Part shown: positions 41,710-53,127 of the stretch, in pieces
How the letters are laid out: the number at the start of each line of letters is the position of its first letter
How positions within the stretch are numbered: position 1 is the stretch's first letter
Source: a virus
Taxonomy: Duplodnaviria; Caudoviricetes
Strand: one strand, 5' to 3'
Virus record (IMG/VR): IMGVR_UViG_3300032038_000007
Span: 32,001 to 96,000 of that record
Length of the DNA: 64,000 bases
Notes under the pieces: generated by a model
What the model saw: the letters and a program-made list of their open reading frames with translations, nothing else
Databases searched by the model: none
What the model was told of the DNA's origin: nothing
Made by a program: the position numbers and the translations under genes

Positions 41710-42309
41710 ATGCCAGAAATTACAATTAATCTTAATGACGATTTACATTATGACCCTGTAACCTATCAGTATTTCAATCAGCTATTCAATCATCGCACTA
41801 TTGTCTTCAATGACGAGATTGATAACAGTATTGTAGAAAGTATCTATATTCCACTACGAGATTTTGAAAATGACAATAGCGATGAACCAGTTACGCTGAT
41901 TCTAAATTCAGAGGGTGGCTCCGTCACAGATGGTTTCTTCTTGGCGCATTATCTAACCACTTACAAGAAGAGACTTAATGTTATTGTGACAGGTTATGCC
42001 GCCTCTATGGCTACAGTGTTACTCGCCGCAGGCGGGAAAAATGATAATATCCATCGCATTTGTTATCCCAGTACGTTTGCACTAATTCACGATGGATACG
42101 TTGGTCTGCCGACTGGAGAAAGTAAAACCGTCGAAGATATTATGAATTTTAATCATCGTCTAGATTTGGATATTCGTCAATTTATTATTGACAACACTAA
42201 TATTACCGCAGAGCAATACGACGCTAAGACGCGCCATCAATGGTATTTACACGCTGATGAAATGAAGGAATTAAATCTAGTTGATGAAATTATTGGATGT
42301 GAAGAATAA
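41710..42309 (+). CDS. clpP: ClpP-like protease
   Basis: LILNSEGGSV.DG, GYAASMA, LIH and LVDEI. Confidence 0.8.
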   Translation: MPEITINLNDDLHYDPVTYQYFNQLFNHRTIVFNDEIDNSIVESIYIPLRDFENDNSDEPVTLILNSEGGSVTDGFFLAHYLTTYKKRLNVIVTGYAASMATVLLAAGGKNDNIHRICYPSTFALIHDGYVGLPTGESKTVEDIMNFNHRLDLDIRQFIIDNTNITAEQYDAKTRHQWYLHADEMKELNLVDEIIGCEE

Positions 42310-43553
42310 TGACTTTACACGTATTAGATACCTCGGCAATTTTAAATGGCGCTTTAGAAGAATATTCTTCTGTTTTTATTTCGCCTTTAGTTTTAACCGA
42401 ACTAGAATCTATTAAAAATTCTGCTCATAAAGATTAGGATATTAAGTTTAAGGCTCGCACCGCGGTGCGGGCTATTATTAATGGGAGATATGATATAAAT
42501 TATTTAACTCCCAGGCAGAAGGATTTAAATAAAATTATACATAAACACAGCTTCTTAAGTGAAATCAACGATCACTATATTCTTGCCGCCGCATATCAAT
42601 TGGCGCGGCGTAGTTGTGATAAAGTAGAATTTATTACAAGTGATGCAGCCCTTTATGCCTTTGCGCAACAACTTCCATACATTTATCCTGTTTATTATAT
42701 TGAAAGTAAACAACAGCAAGATGAATATTGCGGCTACGGTAAATATTACCCAACCCCTGACGTTTGGCTTTCTCTCAGTGAAGACCCAAAAATTAATGTT
42801 CTTGGATGCAAGACAAATGAGTTTGCAGAAGTATATGAGGGCGCCGATTTAAAGATGATTTTATTTTGGGACGGCAATGAATATAGGCCGCTAAAATATA
42901 AAGATATAAAAAACGTTTATACTGGAGAAACTATTCGTCCTCGCAATCTAGAACAGAAGCTTGCCTTTGATATGCTACAAAATCCAAATATTAAAGTTAA
43001 ATTACTTACTAGCGCGTGGGGCAGTGGTAAAACGATGCTGGCGCTAAACTATGCATTGGATCAGGTCGCGCGCGGTACTTATGCGAAACTTGTATTTATT
43101 CGCAATAACATTATTGTAGCAGATACAAAAGATATTGGTTATCTGCCTGGCGATCAGCAGTCTAAAATGTCTATTTGGGGAGGCCCTATAGCTGACCATC
43201 TAGGCGGGCAGGAAATGCTTGATAGTCTTATAAGCGAGGGGCTAGTAGAAATTTATCCTTTGTCTCATATTCGCGGCCGCAGTATAAAGAACTCTATTGT
43301 ACTGTGTGATGAATGTGAAAATATGACTGATAAATTAGTTACGTTATTGCTTAGCCGCATTGAGGAAACAAGTGAAATTATCTTCTGTGGTGATGTGGCA
43401 CAAATTGATAATCCGAAATTTGAGGCCAACAATGGCATCAGGTCCATGATTGAAAATTTGGCGGGAGAACCTCTATTTGGTATGGTTAAACTTATTAAGT
43501 CAGAACGCGGCGCTGTAGCGCGGATGTGTGATTTGATGAGGCCGCCGGTGTGA
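42309..43553 (+). CDS. phoH: PhoH-family ATPase with N-terminal PIN domain (TAG=Gln)
   Basis: VLDTSA PIN motif after readthrough; GSGKT, GYLPG, IRGRS, DECEN and GDVAQID. Confidence 0.88.
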
Positions 43554-43554
43554 G

Positions 43555-45891
43555 GTGAAACATATGGGACTCAGCCTTACTCGCAACCCTCCAGAAGCAT
43601 ATGTTTATTTTCAAACATTAATTAGTGATGCTAGTTATGACGATATATATCAAAAGGCCCTTGATGATGCACGTAGATTAGTGTCAGAAGCGCACACAAT
43701 GCTTACAGGTTATAATGGGGGAAATGATGCTGATCAAAAGTTAAAAGAAAAAATTGGGACGTACAGGAGCTTTGTTTATGACGCTTACACTAGAGCGTCT
43801 GCGAGCGAACAATATTTTATTGAACATATGCATAAAAAATTAAAAGATACTCAAAAATATGATAAATTTCCGAAAAAAGTCAGAGACGCAATAGAAAATA
43901 TGATTAATAAAATAAAAAATAATCAATCAATTGATTATCCTCAATTAATAATTGCCATTAATGCTTTTATGGAGGAGTATGACGCAACACGTCAAAAAAT
44001 AGCTGCAGAACAAGATAGAATAATGAAACATAACACCGAAGCAATAGAAACCATAAGAGCCTCTGCAAATGACCCTGAAAAAAGAAGGAATCCAGACAGG
44101 CGCCAAATATAGGCTATTGATGCAGCTTGGAGTTCTTATGCTAAAGATGATGGTAAATCATTACGTAGTGAATTGGGAAAAGCATTAAATCAAAGAATAA
44201 AAAATAAAAAGACTAAAGAAGTAACACCAAGATTTGATTTTATACAAACTTAGAAAACTTTAGTCGTAACAAGAATGCGTAATATTCTGACACAATTAAA
44301 GAGTAATCCAGATGCAATAATAAAGTTTCTTGGAACGAATAGTACATTAACACAAGAGGACTATCGTAAATTTGCTGAAGCAGTTTTAGTGTGGCTATGT
44401 AAAAAAACTGCAGAAGAATTAAGAGATAAAAATATTATAAAAACTTTTCTAGATGTGCTAGAAAGCGGATAGTTATAGCCAGTTACTGCTGATGCTGATT
44501 AGTACTTACAAAAAGTCTTTGTTTAGACAAAACGAAATATAGGACTTCAATAGATAAGAACGATAGAAGAGATTGCTTTAAAAGCATCTCCAGCAAAATT
44601 ATTTGAAGCATATTTAAAGCTTGATAAACAAGCAAGAACTTAGGTATATAATGTTACTGATGAAGAATTGGAAACTCTTAAAGTAATGGCTACGGCCAAA
44701 AAGAAAGAAGCAGATTTTTATAAATTTGTTTAGTCATTAAGAAAGAAAATTTTAGGTGATGTATTAAATATTAATGCCGCTGATGCGCAAAAAAGAACAA
44801 TTACTTCCTTAAGACAGTCAATTGGAAATAATTTAAAACAAGTATACTCTTTTTCTAAGCAGCAAGCTGCATTACGAAGCGCGGCTACAGTACGTGTAGA
44901 AGGCCATGGATAGCTCGCTGAAGCTGATGCAGCAATGGCGATAAGAGAAGAAATCACTAAAAAAGGAAAACTTAGTGTTGCCGGCTCATCAATTACTCTT
45001 AAGGGTGACTTACTTTTAAGTTTTTTTCTAGATGATGAAGCTATAGCAATTTATGACAAATTAGATTCAGATTTACAAGATACAATAACTTCATTTACTA
45101 GTAATTTTTTAGAAGCATATAGAAAAGAAACTGGTGGCACAGGAGAAGTGGATGTAGAGGTGGCATACGAATAGTTCGCCAATTTACTTCGGTCCGTAAA
45201 CGAATAGTTACAAAAAGAAGTTGATAACGGTACAATTACCAGTGAAGAAATGCGAATGTTAATAGAAAATTTAATTAGTTCTGAAATTTAGGTAAAGGAC
45301 TATAATTTAGCCGCGGATTAGTTTGGATTTGACGGAGGTAGCCTCGGAGCAAATCTTACTAAGACATTAAATAATATGAGCTTTTTATATACAGGCGGAG
45401 CGTTATCAGCAGATGACTTACGATTATTAATATTTGCCATTCATAATTGCAGTCGTACCGCGTTGGGCGAAACTTTAAAAGCACCTGTTCAATCTTATTT
45501 AATTGGCGCTGCAGCATTATTATTATTTGATACTGGATTTATAGATTCTAAAACATTGTTAAATAATTTAACAACAAAAATGATTGTACCACAAGTATTA
45601 AATCTATTTCGTGTAGACAGTAGATACTACCCCGCATCTTATGTTTATTATTAGGTATATAAAAAACTAGACAAGGTATATAATAACCTAAACATTGACA
45701 TTGATAGCATCTTTAGCGATTTACATATCAAGGCGCCTGGTTTACATTCAATTAAAAAAACTTTAGATAAGCCTCAAGACCGATGGGATGATATAAAAAA
45801 TCAGGCGGAAAAAATGCAAATAAAATTTACTTTTTTATCAAAAATAATGAAAATAATAACTCAAATAGGGGAAGCATTCGAGGTTCCATAA
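43555..45891 (+). CDS. Large hypothetical helical protein, about 778 aa (TAG=Gln)
   Basis: ORFs 43555, 44275, 44935 and 45376 are in one frame, each ending in TAG; final TAA 45889; terminator-like hairpin follows. Confidence 0.7.
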
Positions 45892-45919
45892 TGGGCGCGT
45901 TGCGCCCAGTTATTTTTTT
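45892..45919 (+). terminator. Rho-independent terminator
   Basis: TGGGCGC/GCGCCCA hairpin followed by a T-run. Confidence 0.6.
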
Positions 45920-45971
45920 GACTTTTTTTAGAATATATGATATAATAATAATGAAAAAGAGGTGAATAATA

Positions 45972-46826
45972 ATGTATAAATCTCCATTAAATTATGTTGG
46001 GAATAAATATAAATTACTTCCATAGCTATTAAGACTATTCCCTAAAGATATTAATAACTTTATTGATTTATTTTCTGGCGGTTGTGATGTAACTATTAAC
46101 ACTCCAGCAGAAAATAAATATGCAAATGATATTAATTTTCCAGTAATTGAAATTTTACTTGCTTTTCAATAGACCTCAATTGAAAAAACTTTAGAATTTA
46201 TTGATAATCGGATTGCTGAATTCAATCTAAGTAAAACTAATGAAGAGGGGTACTTACAATATAGAGAAAAATATAATAATGGAACATATAATTCTCCATT
46301 AGATTTATTTACGTTAAGTAGATTTAGTTATAATCAATTATTTAGATTTAATAAACATGGTGAATTTAATAATGCGTTCGGGAAAAACAGAAGTAGTTTT
46401 AATGACAATATGAGAAATAATTTAATTTTAACTTATCCAAGTATACAAGATATTCACCTTTCTACATAGGATTTTAGAAAATTTAAATTAGACAATATAC
46501 AAGAAAATGACTTCTTTTATATTGACCCGCCGTATTTAATTGCCAGAGCTGATTATAATACAGGCAAAACCGCGGGGCTATCTTGGACAGAAAAAGATGA
46601 ATTGGATTTATATAATTTTTTAGATAATTTAACCAAGTTCGGTATTAAATGGGGCTTTTCAAATTTTCTTAAACATAAAAATAAAACCAATACTATGTTA
46701 TATTAGTGGTTGGAACTACACGAATACCATATGTATAATATATAGGCAGATTATTCTAAATTAACCAATAAAGTATAGCGTAAAGAATAGTCTACTTTAG
46801 AGATATTAATTACAAATTATGATTAA
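45972..46826 (+). CDS. Dam-like DNA adenine methyltransferase 1 (TAG=Gln), missed by the ORF track
   Basis: KSPLNYVGNKYKLLP(Q)L, FIDLFSGG, YIDPPY and EILITNY. Confidence 0.85.
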
Positions 46827-46847
46827 TAGAATATTTTTAAATTAGGA

Positions 46848-47132
46848 GTGATAAAAGTGGAGACTAAAAAATTTAATGAATTAACTAGAGAGTTTTTAGA
46901 AGAATTTATTCCTAAGCTCCCTAAAGAAGATAAAAAACAGCTAAAAGAATACATAGAAAACCACCCACGCGACTCTTCTTCTAGTCTATTTGCAATGATA
47001 AAAAGTTATATATATAATAATTATTTTAGAGCTAAGCCTAATCAAGAGAATCATAAATCGGGCGGCACTTTTGCCGACATAATCGACGATTTATTAAGGG
47101 ATGATGACAGCGATGACTAGCCCGAAAACTAA
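46848..47132 (+). CDS. Hypothetical protein
   Basis: ORF 46848-47120 extended through TAG to TAA 47130. Confidence 0.6.
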
Positions 47133-48027
47133 AAATAAAACAATCTCAATAAAAAGCCCTATGAATTATGTTGGCGGAAAATATAAATTATTATCATAGT
47201 TACATACATTTTTCCCCAATAAAATAAATAATTTTATTGACCTTTTTGCGGGAGGGCTGGATGTATCAATTAATACACCAGCTCTTAATAAATATGCAAA
47301 TGATGTTAATAATAATATTATTAATATTTATACTGAATTTTAGAAAAAAACTATTGATGAAATAATGGATTTTATTCAGCATCGTATTAAAGAATTTAAT
47401 TTAACTCGATTTAATATAGAGGGATATTTACAATACAGAGATCTATATAATACTAATCTTAACTATCATACTCCATTAGATTTATTTACATTATCAAGAT
47501 ACTCATTTGATAACTAGATAACCTTTAATAATAACAATGAATATAATACAGGCTTTGGTTTTAACAGATCTGATTTTAATTTAACATAGCGGGCAAATAC
47601 CAGAGCAATGCATAACGCTATACAAAATATTCATTTTTCTTCCTTAGATTTTAGAAATTTTAATATAAATAATTTTACAAATTCAAATGATTTTTTATAC
47701 GTTGATCCACCGTATCTAATTTCTTATGCCAAATATATTAAAGGATCAAGAATAACTAATAATAGATGGGAACAATAGGATGATATAGATTTATATAATT
47801 TTTTAGATCAAGCAAATGACTTGGGGCTCAAATGGGCTCTATCAAATGTATTATCGCATAAAGGAGTAGAAAATGTAACTTTAATTGAGTGGGCTGAAAA
47901 ATATAATATCTACGATATTTTTTCTAATTATTCACATTCGACATATTCTAAAACTAAATCAACAGAGCCTACTATTGAAGTATTAATCACTAATTATGAT
48001 AAAGACAAAATTAATACTATCAAATAA
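47113..48027 (+). CDS. Dam-like DNA adenine methyltransferase 2 (TAG=Gln)
   Basis: KSPMNYVGGKYKLLS(Q)L, FIDLFAGG, YVDPPY, WALSNV and EVLITNY. Confidence 0.85.
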
Positions 48028-48098
48028 ACAGGGCATCACCCTGTTTTTTTGACTTTTTTTAAAAATCATGCTATAATAAAAGAAAAAGGAGTGTAACA

Positions 48099-48353
48099 AT
48101 GATATTAACTCAACCAGATCTAAGAGCGATTAGCATGACATGTTTTACACTACAAGACAGAGATAAAAAACCAATTATCTACATGTCCGAACAAAATCTA
48201 TACGCAATTATGACGCGCTGTTCCCCTTCAAAAAATTTTTCTCCCATTACAACAGGATATGCAGGAAAACTATTCGGAGTACCAGTATACGTAACTGATG
48301 AAGTTTTAGATTTAATCGTTATTGTGCCACAACTCCAGGAGGAATCACTATGA
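48099..48353 (+). CDS. Hypothetical protein
   Basis: Promoter 48049; RBS AAGGAG. Confidence 0.65.
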   Translation: MILTQPDLRAISMTCFTLQDRDKKPIIYMSEQNLYAIMTRCSPSKNFSPITTGYAGKLFGVPVYVTDEVLDLIVIVPQLQEESL

Positions 48354-48571
48354 AAAATATATATGACGAAATGATAGATGAATACTTTAATCGTCATCCA
48401 GATGCAGGACTAGCTTGGTGGATGCTCCCGGTAGAACAGCAACCAGAAGGTTTTAAGCTAGAAATGTATAATATTCTTTGGGATCTGACGCATAAGGAGA
48501 ATAAATAATAATAGTCTAATATTTGACTTTTAATTACCTCATATGTTATAATATAGTTAGAGGTGATGGAA

Positions 48572-49291
48572 ATGTCTTGCGGAATTTACATAATAAAAAA
48601 TTTATTAAATCAAAAAGTATATATAGGATAGTCTGTTGATATAGAAGAAAGGTGGATAAAGCACTGTGCAGGATACGGAATCGCACATAATTCTGCAATT
48701 GATAGTGCTATTAAAAAATATGGGCAAAATAATTTTTCATTAGAAATTTTAGAATTATGCCCGCGTGAGGAATTAAATAATAAGGAAGCATATTATGCTA
48801 ATTTATATAACTCATATGTACCTAATGGATATAATATTAATAAATGCGGTGAAGCATTTCACAATTCACAGTATGATAAAGAAATTTCATGCTATAATTT
48901 ATTAACAGGCGAACTTATTAACACTTTTTCTTGTACTCATGAGGCTGATAGACAAGGATATTTACGACAAAGTATTGTAGCTGCTGCCGATTAGAAAGGC
49001 CGCAGTAAAACAGCTTACGATATGCTATGGCAGTGGGGTCATGAAAAACAAATTCCTGTAATTAAACCAAAAGCAGGAAAACATGGCGGAAAACGAGTAT
49101 ATCGGTATGATAAAGACACAGGCGATTTTATAGATAGTTTTAAATCATTAACTGATGCGGAGCGTTATTTAAATAAACCGGGAGGAAATAAAAATATTTC
49201 TGCTGTATGTAATGGTAAGCGTCAATATGCTTATAATTATAGATGGTCATATAATTTATATAATAATATTTTGGAGGAATAGAATAAATGA
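48572..49291 (+). CDS. Free-standing GIY-YIG homing endonuclease with NUMOD1-type repeats (TAG=Gln)
   Basis: GIYIIKN..NQKVYIG(Q)S, GYN, F.S..DA.R…ISAVC.GKR..AY.Y.W. With readthrough it ends in TGA overlapping the next ATG (ATGA at 49288). Confidence 0.88.
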
Positions 49292-49833
49292 AAATTTACT
49301 TAGCAGGTAGTATATTTTATTATGGAGATGTATTAAGAAATACTGAATGGGCCAAAAAGATTAGACAAGCTATCCCCAATGTAGATTTATACTCTCCTAT
49401 TGAAAATACTGATATTAATGGAACAGAAGGAAAAAAGAAATTTGCTGGTTCACAAGAAATTGCGACTGCAGATAATAAACGTTTAAATGAAACTGATATC
49501 TTAATTGCTTGTTTAGACAATGATATTATTCCTGCTGGTACTTGTGCAGAAATTGGCAAATTCCACGAAAAAATTGAGCGTGGTGAACACAAATATATTG
49601 TTGGTATCTGTACAGATAACAGGCAAATGCACCTGACTCATAGCGCCGAAAAGGATGCTGGTGGCGCTGCTTCACTTGGAGAACAGCAATATAGCTATCA
49701 GAATCTATATGTAACTGGCTTAATTAAGCAGGGCGGCGTTCTTGTTAGCAATATTGATGATGCAATTGCATTTATTAAAGAGCACGAACAAGAATTTAAT
49801 CAAGAAACAGAAACAATTTCAGATTGGAGATAA
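49288..49833 (+). CDS. Nucleoside 2-deoxyribosyltransferase family protein
   Basis: KIYLAG, YSP, D..LIACLD…GTCAEIG and NLYVTG. Confidence 0.8.
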   Translation: MKIYLAGSIFYYGDVLRNTEWAKKIRQAIPNVDLYSPIENTDINGTEGKKKFAGSQEIATADNKRLNETDILIACLDNDIIPAGTCAEIGKFHEKIERGEHKYIVGICTDNRQMHLTHSAEKDAGGAASLGEQQYSYQNLYVTGLIKQGGVLVSNIDDAIAFIKEHEQEFNQETETISDWR

Positions 49834-49847
49834 AGGAGTGAATTATT

Positions 49848-51119
49848 TTGCTTTATGGAATTAACGATAAACTTCCTGTAAAACGTTTACTTGTTGCCGC
49901 ATTACAGCAGGTAATTGCTTGTTTTGTTGCAACAATTCTTATCCCGCAGATCTGCGGCTTACCCATCGCACCGGCAATGTTAGGTGCGTGTGTTGGTACT
50001 TTAATTTATCAGCTATGCACCCGCGGTCAAAGCCCGATGTTTATCAGCTCGTCTGGCGCGTTTGTCGCCGCTGTAATCGGCGGACTTGCATTAGGCGCAG
50101 CGCCTAACTATACCGCGGTTGCAATTGGATGCGCAGTTGTATGTGTCATTTATTGTGTAATCGGTCTTATTATTAATAAATGCGGCACAGCGTGGATTAA
50201 CAAAGTGCTGCCGCCAGTTGTAATTGGCCCAATTGTAGCTGTCATTGGTTTAAACCTTGCTACTTTTATTCCAACCTATTTCCAGCTAGACGGACACTAT
50301 AGCCTACTTGGTGTTGGACTTGGAATGCTAACACTATTGATTACCGCTCTAATTTCTCACTATGGAAAAGGCTTTATTCGTAATCTGCCATTCCTATTTG
50401 CAATTCTAATTGTATACGGATTCTCTGCAATTTTAACAGTTTGCGGCGTACCAGTAATTGACTTTTCCGTATTTAATAATGTGCGGTTAATTCAGATTCC
50501 TGACTTTACATTCCTGCACCTAACCGCTCCCGATTGGACTTTAATGCCGCAAATTCTTATGCTATTCCTACCTCTTGCGCTAGTAACTTGCGCTGAGCAT
50601 ATGTCAGACCATAAGGCACTAAGCGCCGTTATTGGAACTGACTTAACGCAAAAACCTGGTCTTGGACGCACTCTAATCGGTGACGGTATTGCTACCGCGT
50701 TTGGTGGCCTTATCGCAGGACTAGCCAACACCAGCTATGGGGAGAGTGTCGGCACCACAGGCTTTAGCCGCATTTGCTCCAAGTATGTAATTACACTGGC
50801 TGCAGTTATTATGGGCATTGCCGCATTCTTTGGCCCACTACAGGCTTTCTTAGTCTCAATTCCATCTAGTATTTTTGGTGGATGCGCCGCAGTGCTCTAT
50901 GGATATATCACTTTAAGTGGTATCCGTACTATTAAAGATAGCAATATTGACCTTACTAATAATAAGAATGTAACTATTATCGCGGCTGTACTTACTCTTG
51001 GCGTTAGTGGCGCTGTATGTGACTTTGGAGTTGTTAGTATTGGCACTACTGCACTCGCAATGCTTGTTGGTATTATTCTAAATTTTGTCCTAAGAGAATC
51101 TCATAAGGAGGCTGAGTAA
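49848..51119 (+). CDS. Uracil/xanthine permease (NCS2, UraA/PyrP-like)
   Basis: Multi-TM protein; SSSGAF, LPPVVIGP..IGLNLA, EH..D, RTLIGDG, NTSYGE and FGGC..LYG.I. Confidence 0.9.
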   Translation: MLYGINDKLPVKRLLVAALQQVIACFVATILIPQICGLPIAPAMLGACVGTLIYQLCTRGQSPMFISSSGAFVAAVIGGLALGAAPNYTAVAIGCAVVCVIYCVIGLIINKCGTAWINKVLPPVVIGPIVAVIGLNLATFIPTYFQLDGHYSLLGVGLGMLTLLITALISHYGKGFIRNLPFLFAILIVYGFSAILTVCGVPVIDFSVFNNVRLIQIPDFTFLHLTAPDWTLMPQILMLFLPLALVTCAEHMSDHKALSAVIGTDLTQKPGLGRTLIGDGIATAFGGLIAGLANTSYGESVGTTGFSRICSKYVITLAAVIMGIAAFFGPLQAFLVSIPSSIFGGCAAVLYGYITLSGIRTIKDSNIDLTNNKNVTIIAAVLTLGVSGAVCDFGVVSIGTTALAMLVGIILNFVLRESHKEAE

Positions 51120-51178
51120 TCAGCCTCCCTATTTGACTTTCAATAAAAAATAGGCTATAATATAAAAGAAAGGAGATA

Positions 51179-51715
51179 ATGATGAATCACCCAGTAAAAA
51201 TAGAAGAGTCATATGAATCCAAATATATTCACTTCTATGATATAAAAAATTGCCCGCCAGAAGAAACGCGGCAGCTTTATGTTGTAGAAGAATATTTTGA
51301 GTGGCCTGGCCACGATCCCAAAATTAAATTATCGCTTATATCACGAGCCCCACGACCATATGGCAGAAATAAAAAAGTAATGTTCACGTGGAATAGGACT
51401 GGATTCTATATGGCTCCACTAATGTATGTAGAGCAAAATGGCGAAGAATTTTTAATTACTAGCGGCGATTGTCAATGTATTTCAATTTACAATATTACAA
51501 AGGATGAATTTAAGGATTATGTCGTTGGCGGTGAAAGTGCCTATAGTAAAGGAGATGGCTTTTGCCCTATAGTTTATTCTATTAAAAATAATAATTTAAT
51601 TATAGAAGGCTGTTTCCATGATGAAATGCCACAACGACTCATTGTTAAAAATCCTGATTATAATAATTTAAAATTTGATGATATTGAATGGGAAAATACA
51701 GTAAGTGAATATTAA
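51179..51715 (+). CDS. Hypothetical protein
   Basis: Promoter 51133; RBS AAGGAG. Confidence 0.7.
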   Translation: MMNHPVKIEESYESKYIHFYDIKNCPPEETRQLYVVEEYFEWPGHDPKIKLSLISRAPRPYGRNKKVMFTWNRTGFYMAPLMYVEQNGEEFLITSGDCQCISIYNITKDEFKDYVVGGESAYSKGDGFCPIVYSIKNNNLIIEGCFHDEMPQRLIVKNPDYNNLKFDDIEWENTVSEY

Positions 51716-51759
51716 GAAAGTTACCTATCTATGATAGGTTAATTTTTTATATTGGAGGT

Positions 51760-51957
51760 GTGGGAATATTGATTGAGAAAATAATTAAACATTATCGTGA
51801 ATTTATGGAGCGACATTATAAAAGTCAAGGTGAAGCCGCGGAAGAACTTAATATCAGTCGTTCTCATTTGAATAAAATTATTAATCGACGCGATAATCCA
51901 TCTGTAAGCCTTATGCTTCGTATGGAAGAAGTCATGGCAAAATATCGGGAGGAATAA
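51760..51957 (+). CDS. XRE-family HTH protein
   Basis: SQGEAAEELNISRSHLNKIIN..NPS. Confidence 0.8.
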   Translation: MGILIEKIIKHYREFMERHYKSQGEAAEELNISRSHLNKIINRRDNPSVSLMLRMEEVMAKYREE

Positions 51958-51958
51958 A

Positions 51959-52141
51959 ATGGAAACCAGACTCTATATTATTTACATGCCTCGAGTCGCC
52001 GCGGCATTACGGGAACTTGGATTTAAAATAATAAAAGTTACTCCAAATATTAAGAAACCTCAATACGATGTTTATTGGTTTGAAGATACACCAGCCTTAC
52101 ATGAAGCACTTCCTTTAGCCACTCAAATGGCTAAACGTTAA
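51959..52141 (+). CDS. Small protein, DUF5659-like
   Basis: IY..RVAAAL..LGF…PN..KP..DVYWFEDT. Confidence 0.55.
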   Translation: METRLYIIYMPRVAAALRELGFKIIKVTPNIKKPQYDVYWFEDTPALHEALPLATQMAKR

Positions 52142-52161
52142 ATTCAGGGGGCATTCAGGTT

Positions 52162-52491
52162 ATGTCAGATAAAAGAGCAATCGCTTTATTAAGTGATATA
52201 GATAAAAAATTATATAATGAAGGCGGATATTATCAAATTTCACCAAAAATGTTTCAAAAGGTTAATGAAAAAATTAGCGGCAAATGTGGTAATCAACGAA
52301 CTTTATTATTGTATCTTATTTTTCAGCAGCAGAACGGTGATTTTCATCCAGCAGAATCAACTATTCTATCTGCTTGCCAAATGGATCATGCACAATACTC
52401 GCGGGCGCGAAGGGCTCTTGTTGAATTGCAACTTATTGAATATGAAGAAACTAAATATATAAAAATCCTTTATAAAAATTTAATGCAATAA
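52162..52491 (+). CDS. Winged-helix protein, putative replication initiator
   Basis: LLLYLI…FHPAESTI…YSRARRALVELQLI pattern; lies directly upstream of the repeat cluster. Confidence 0.55.
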   Translation: MSDKRAIALLSDIDKKLYNEGGYYQISPKMFQKVNEKISGKCGNQRTLLLYLIFQQQNGDFHPAESTILSACQMDHAQYSRARRALVELQLIEYEETKYIKILYKNLMQ

Positions 52492-52660
52492 GATGTGTGC
52501 TCAGCACACATCTGTGTGTTCATCATACATCTCAGGTGTATGATGAAGTTAAAAATTCGATGATTAGAATGTGTGCTCATCATACACATAACATAATAAT
52601 AAATAATATAATAAAATATAAAAACGGCGCTGGTTCCCCGCTAAAGCGGGGAAGCGCCGG
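52491..52660. repeat. Iteron-like direct and inverted repeats, AT-rich tract and GC hairpin (candidate origin)
   Basis: AGATGTGTGCT-C-AGCACACATCT; TGTGTG(C/T)TCA(G/T)CA(C/T)ACA three times; TTCATCATACATCT/AGGTGTATGATGAA; A/T tract 52589-52624; hairpin 52625-52659. Confidence 0.65.
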
Positions 52661-52731
52661 TGAATTTAAAATTATAAAATTGACTTTTTCTAAATAATCT
52701 TATATAATATAATCAAAGGAGAGTGATAGAA

Positions 52732-53127
52732 ATGTCTGACAAATACGATTATTATAAGGAAATGGCTAGAGATATATTCTTATACATTAAGGATAATACA
52801 CTGTTTCCAGAAGACGGCGAAACAATGTGGGCATATGAAGACCGTTTATTTGATGAATTATGGTGCGAAGATTGCATTACTGGCAACGGCGGCATGTTCT
52901 ATGCAACGGAGTCGGATTGTCTGGACTATGTGGCGCACAATCTTGATTTATATTTTCAAGCCGCAAATGAATGGGATTCTTTTCCTAAAGCAAGTGACGA
53001 ATGGATTTACAACAATCCTGGGCAGTATATGGACTGCACAATTCGCTGCTACCTTCTGGGACAATGCATTGCGCAAGTAGTTGATGAAAACTGGGAGGAC
53101 TGGTCGCGTGATAATGAGGATAGTTAA
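52732..53127 (+). CDS. Hypothetical acidic protein (D.ITGN motif)
   Basis: Promoter 52680; RBS AAGGAG. The annotated TAG at 53121 is out of frame and the ORF ends in TAA. Confidence 0.7.
   Translation: MSDKYDYYKEMARDIFLYIKDNTLFPEDGETMWAYEDRLFDELWCEDCITGNGGMFYATESDCLDYVAHNLDLYFQAANEWDSFPKASDEWIYNNPGQYMDCTIRCYLLGQCIAQVVDENWEDWSRDNEDS

Noticed and set aside
52497-52697. 66-aa ORF over the repeat cluster
   Set aside because: No RBS and low complexity; better explained as non-coding repeats.
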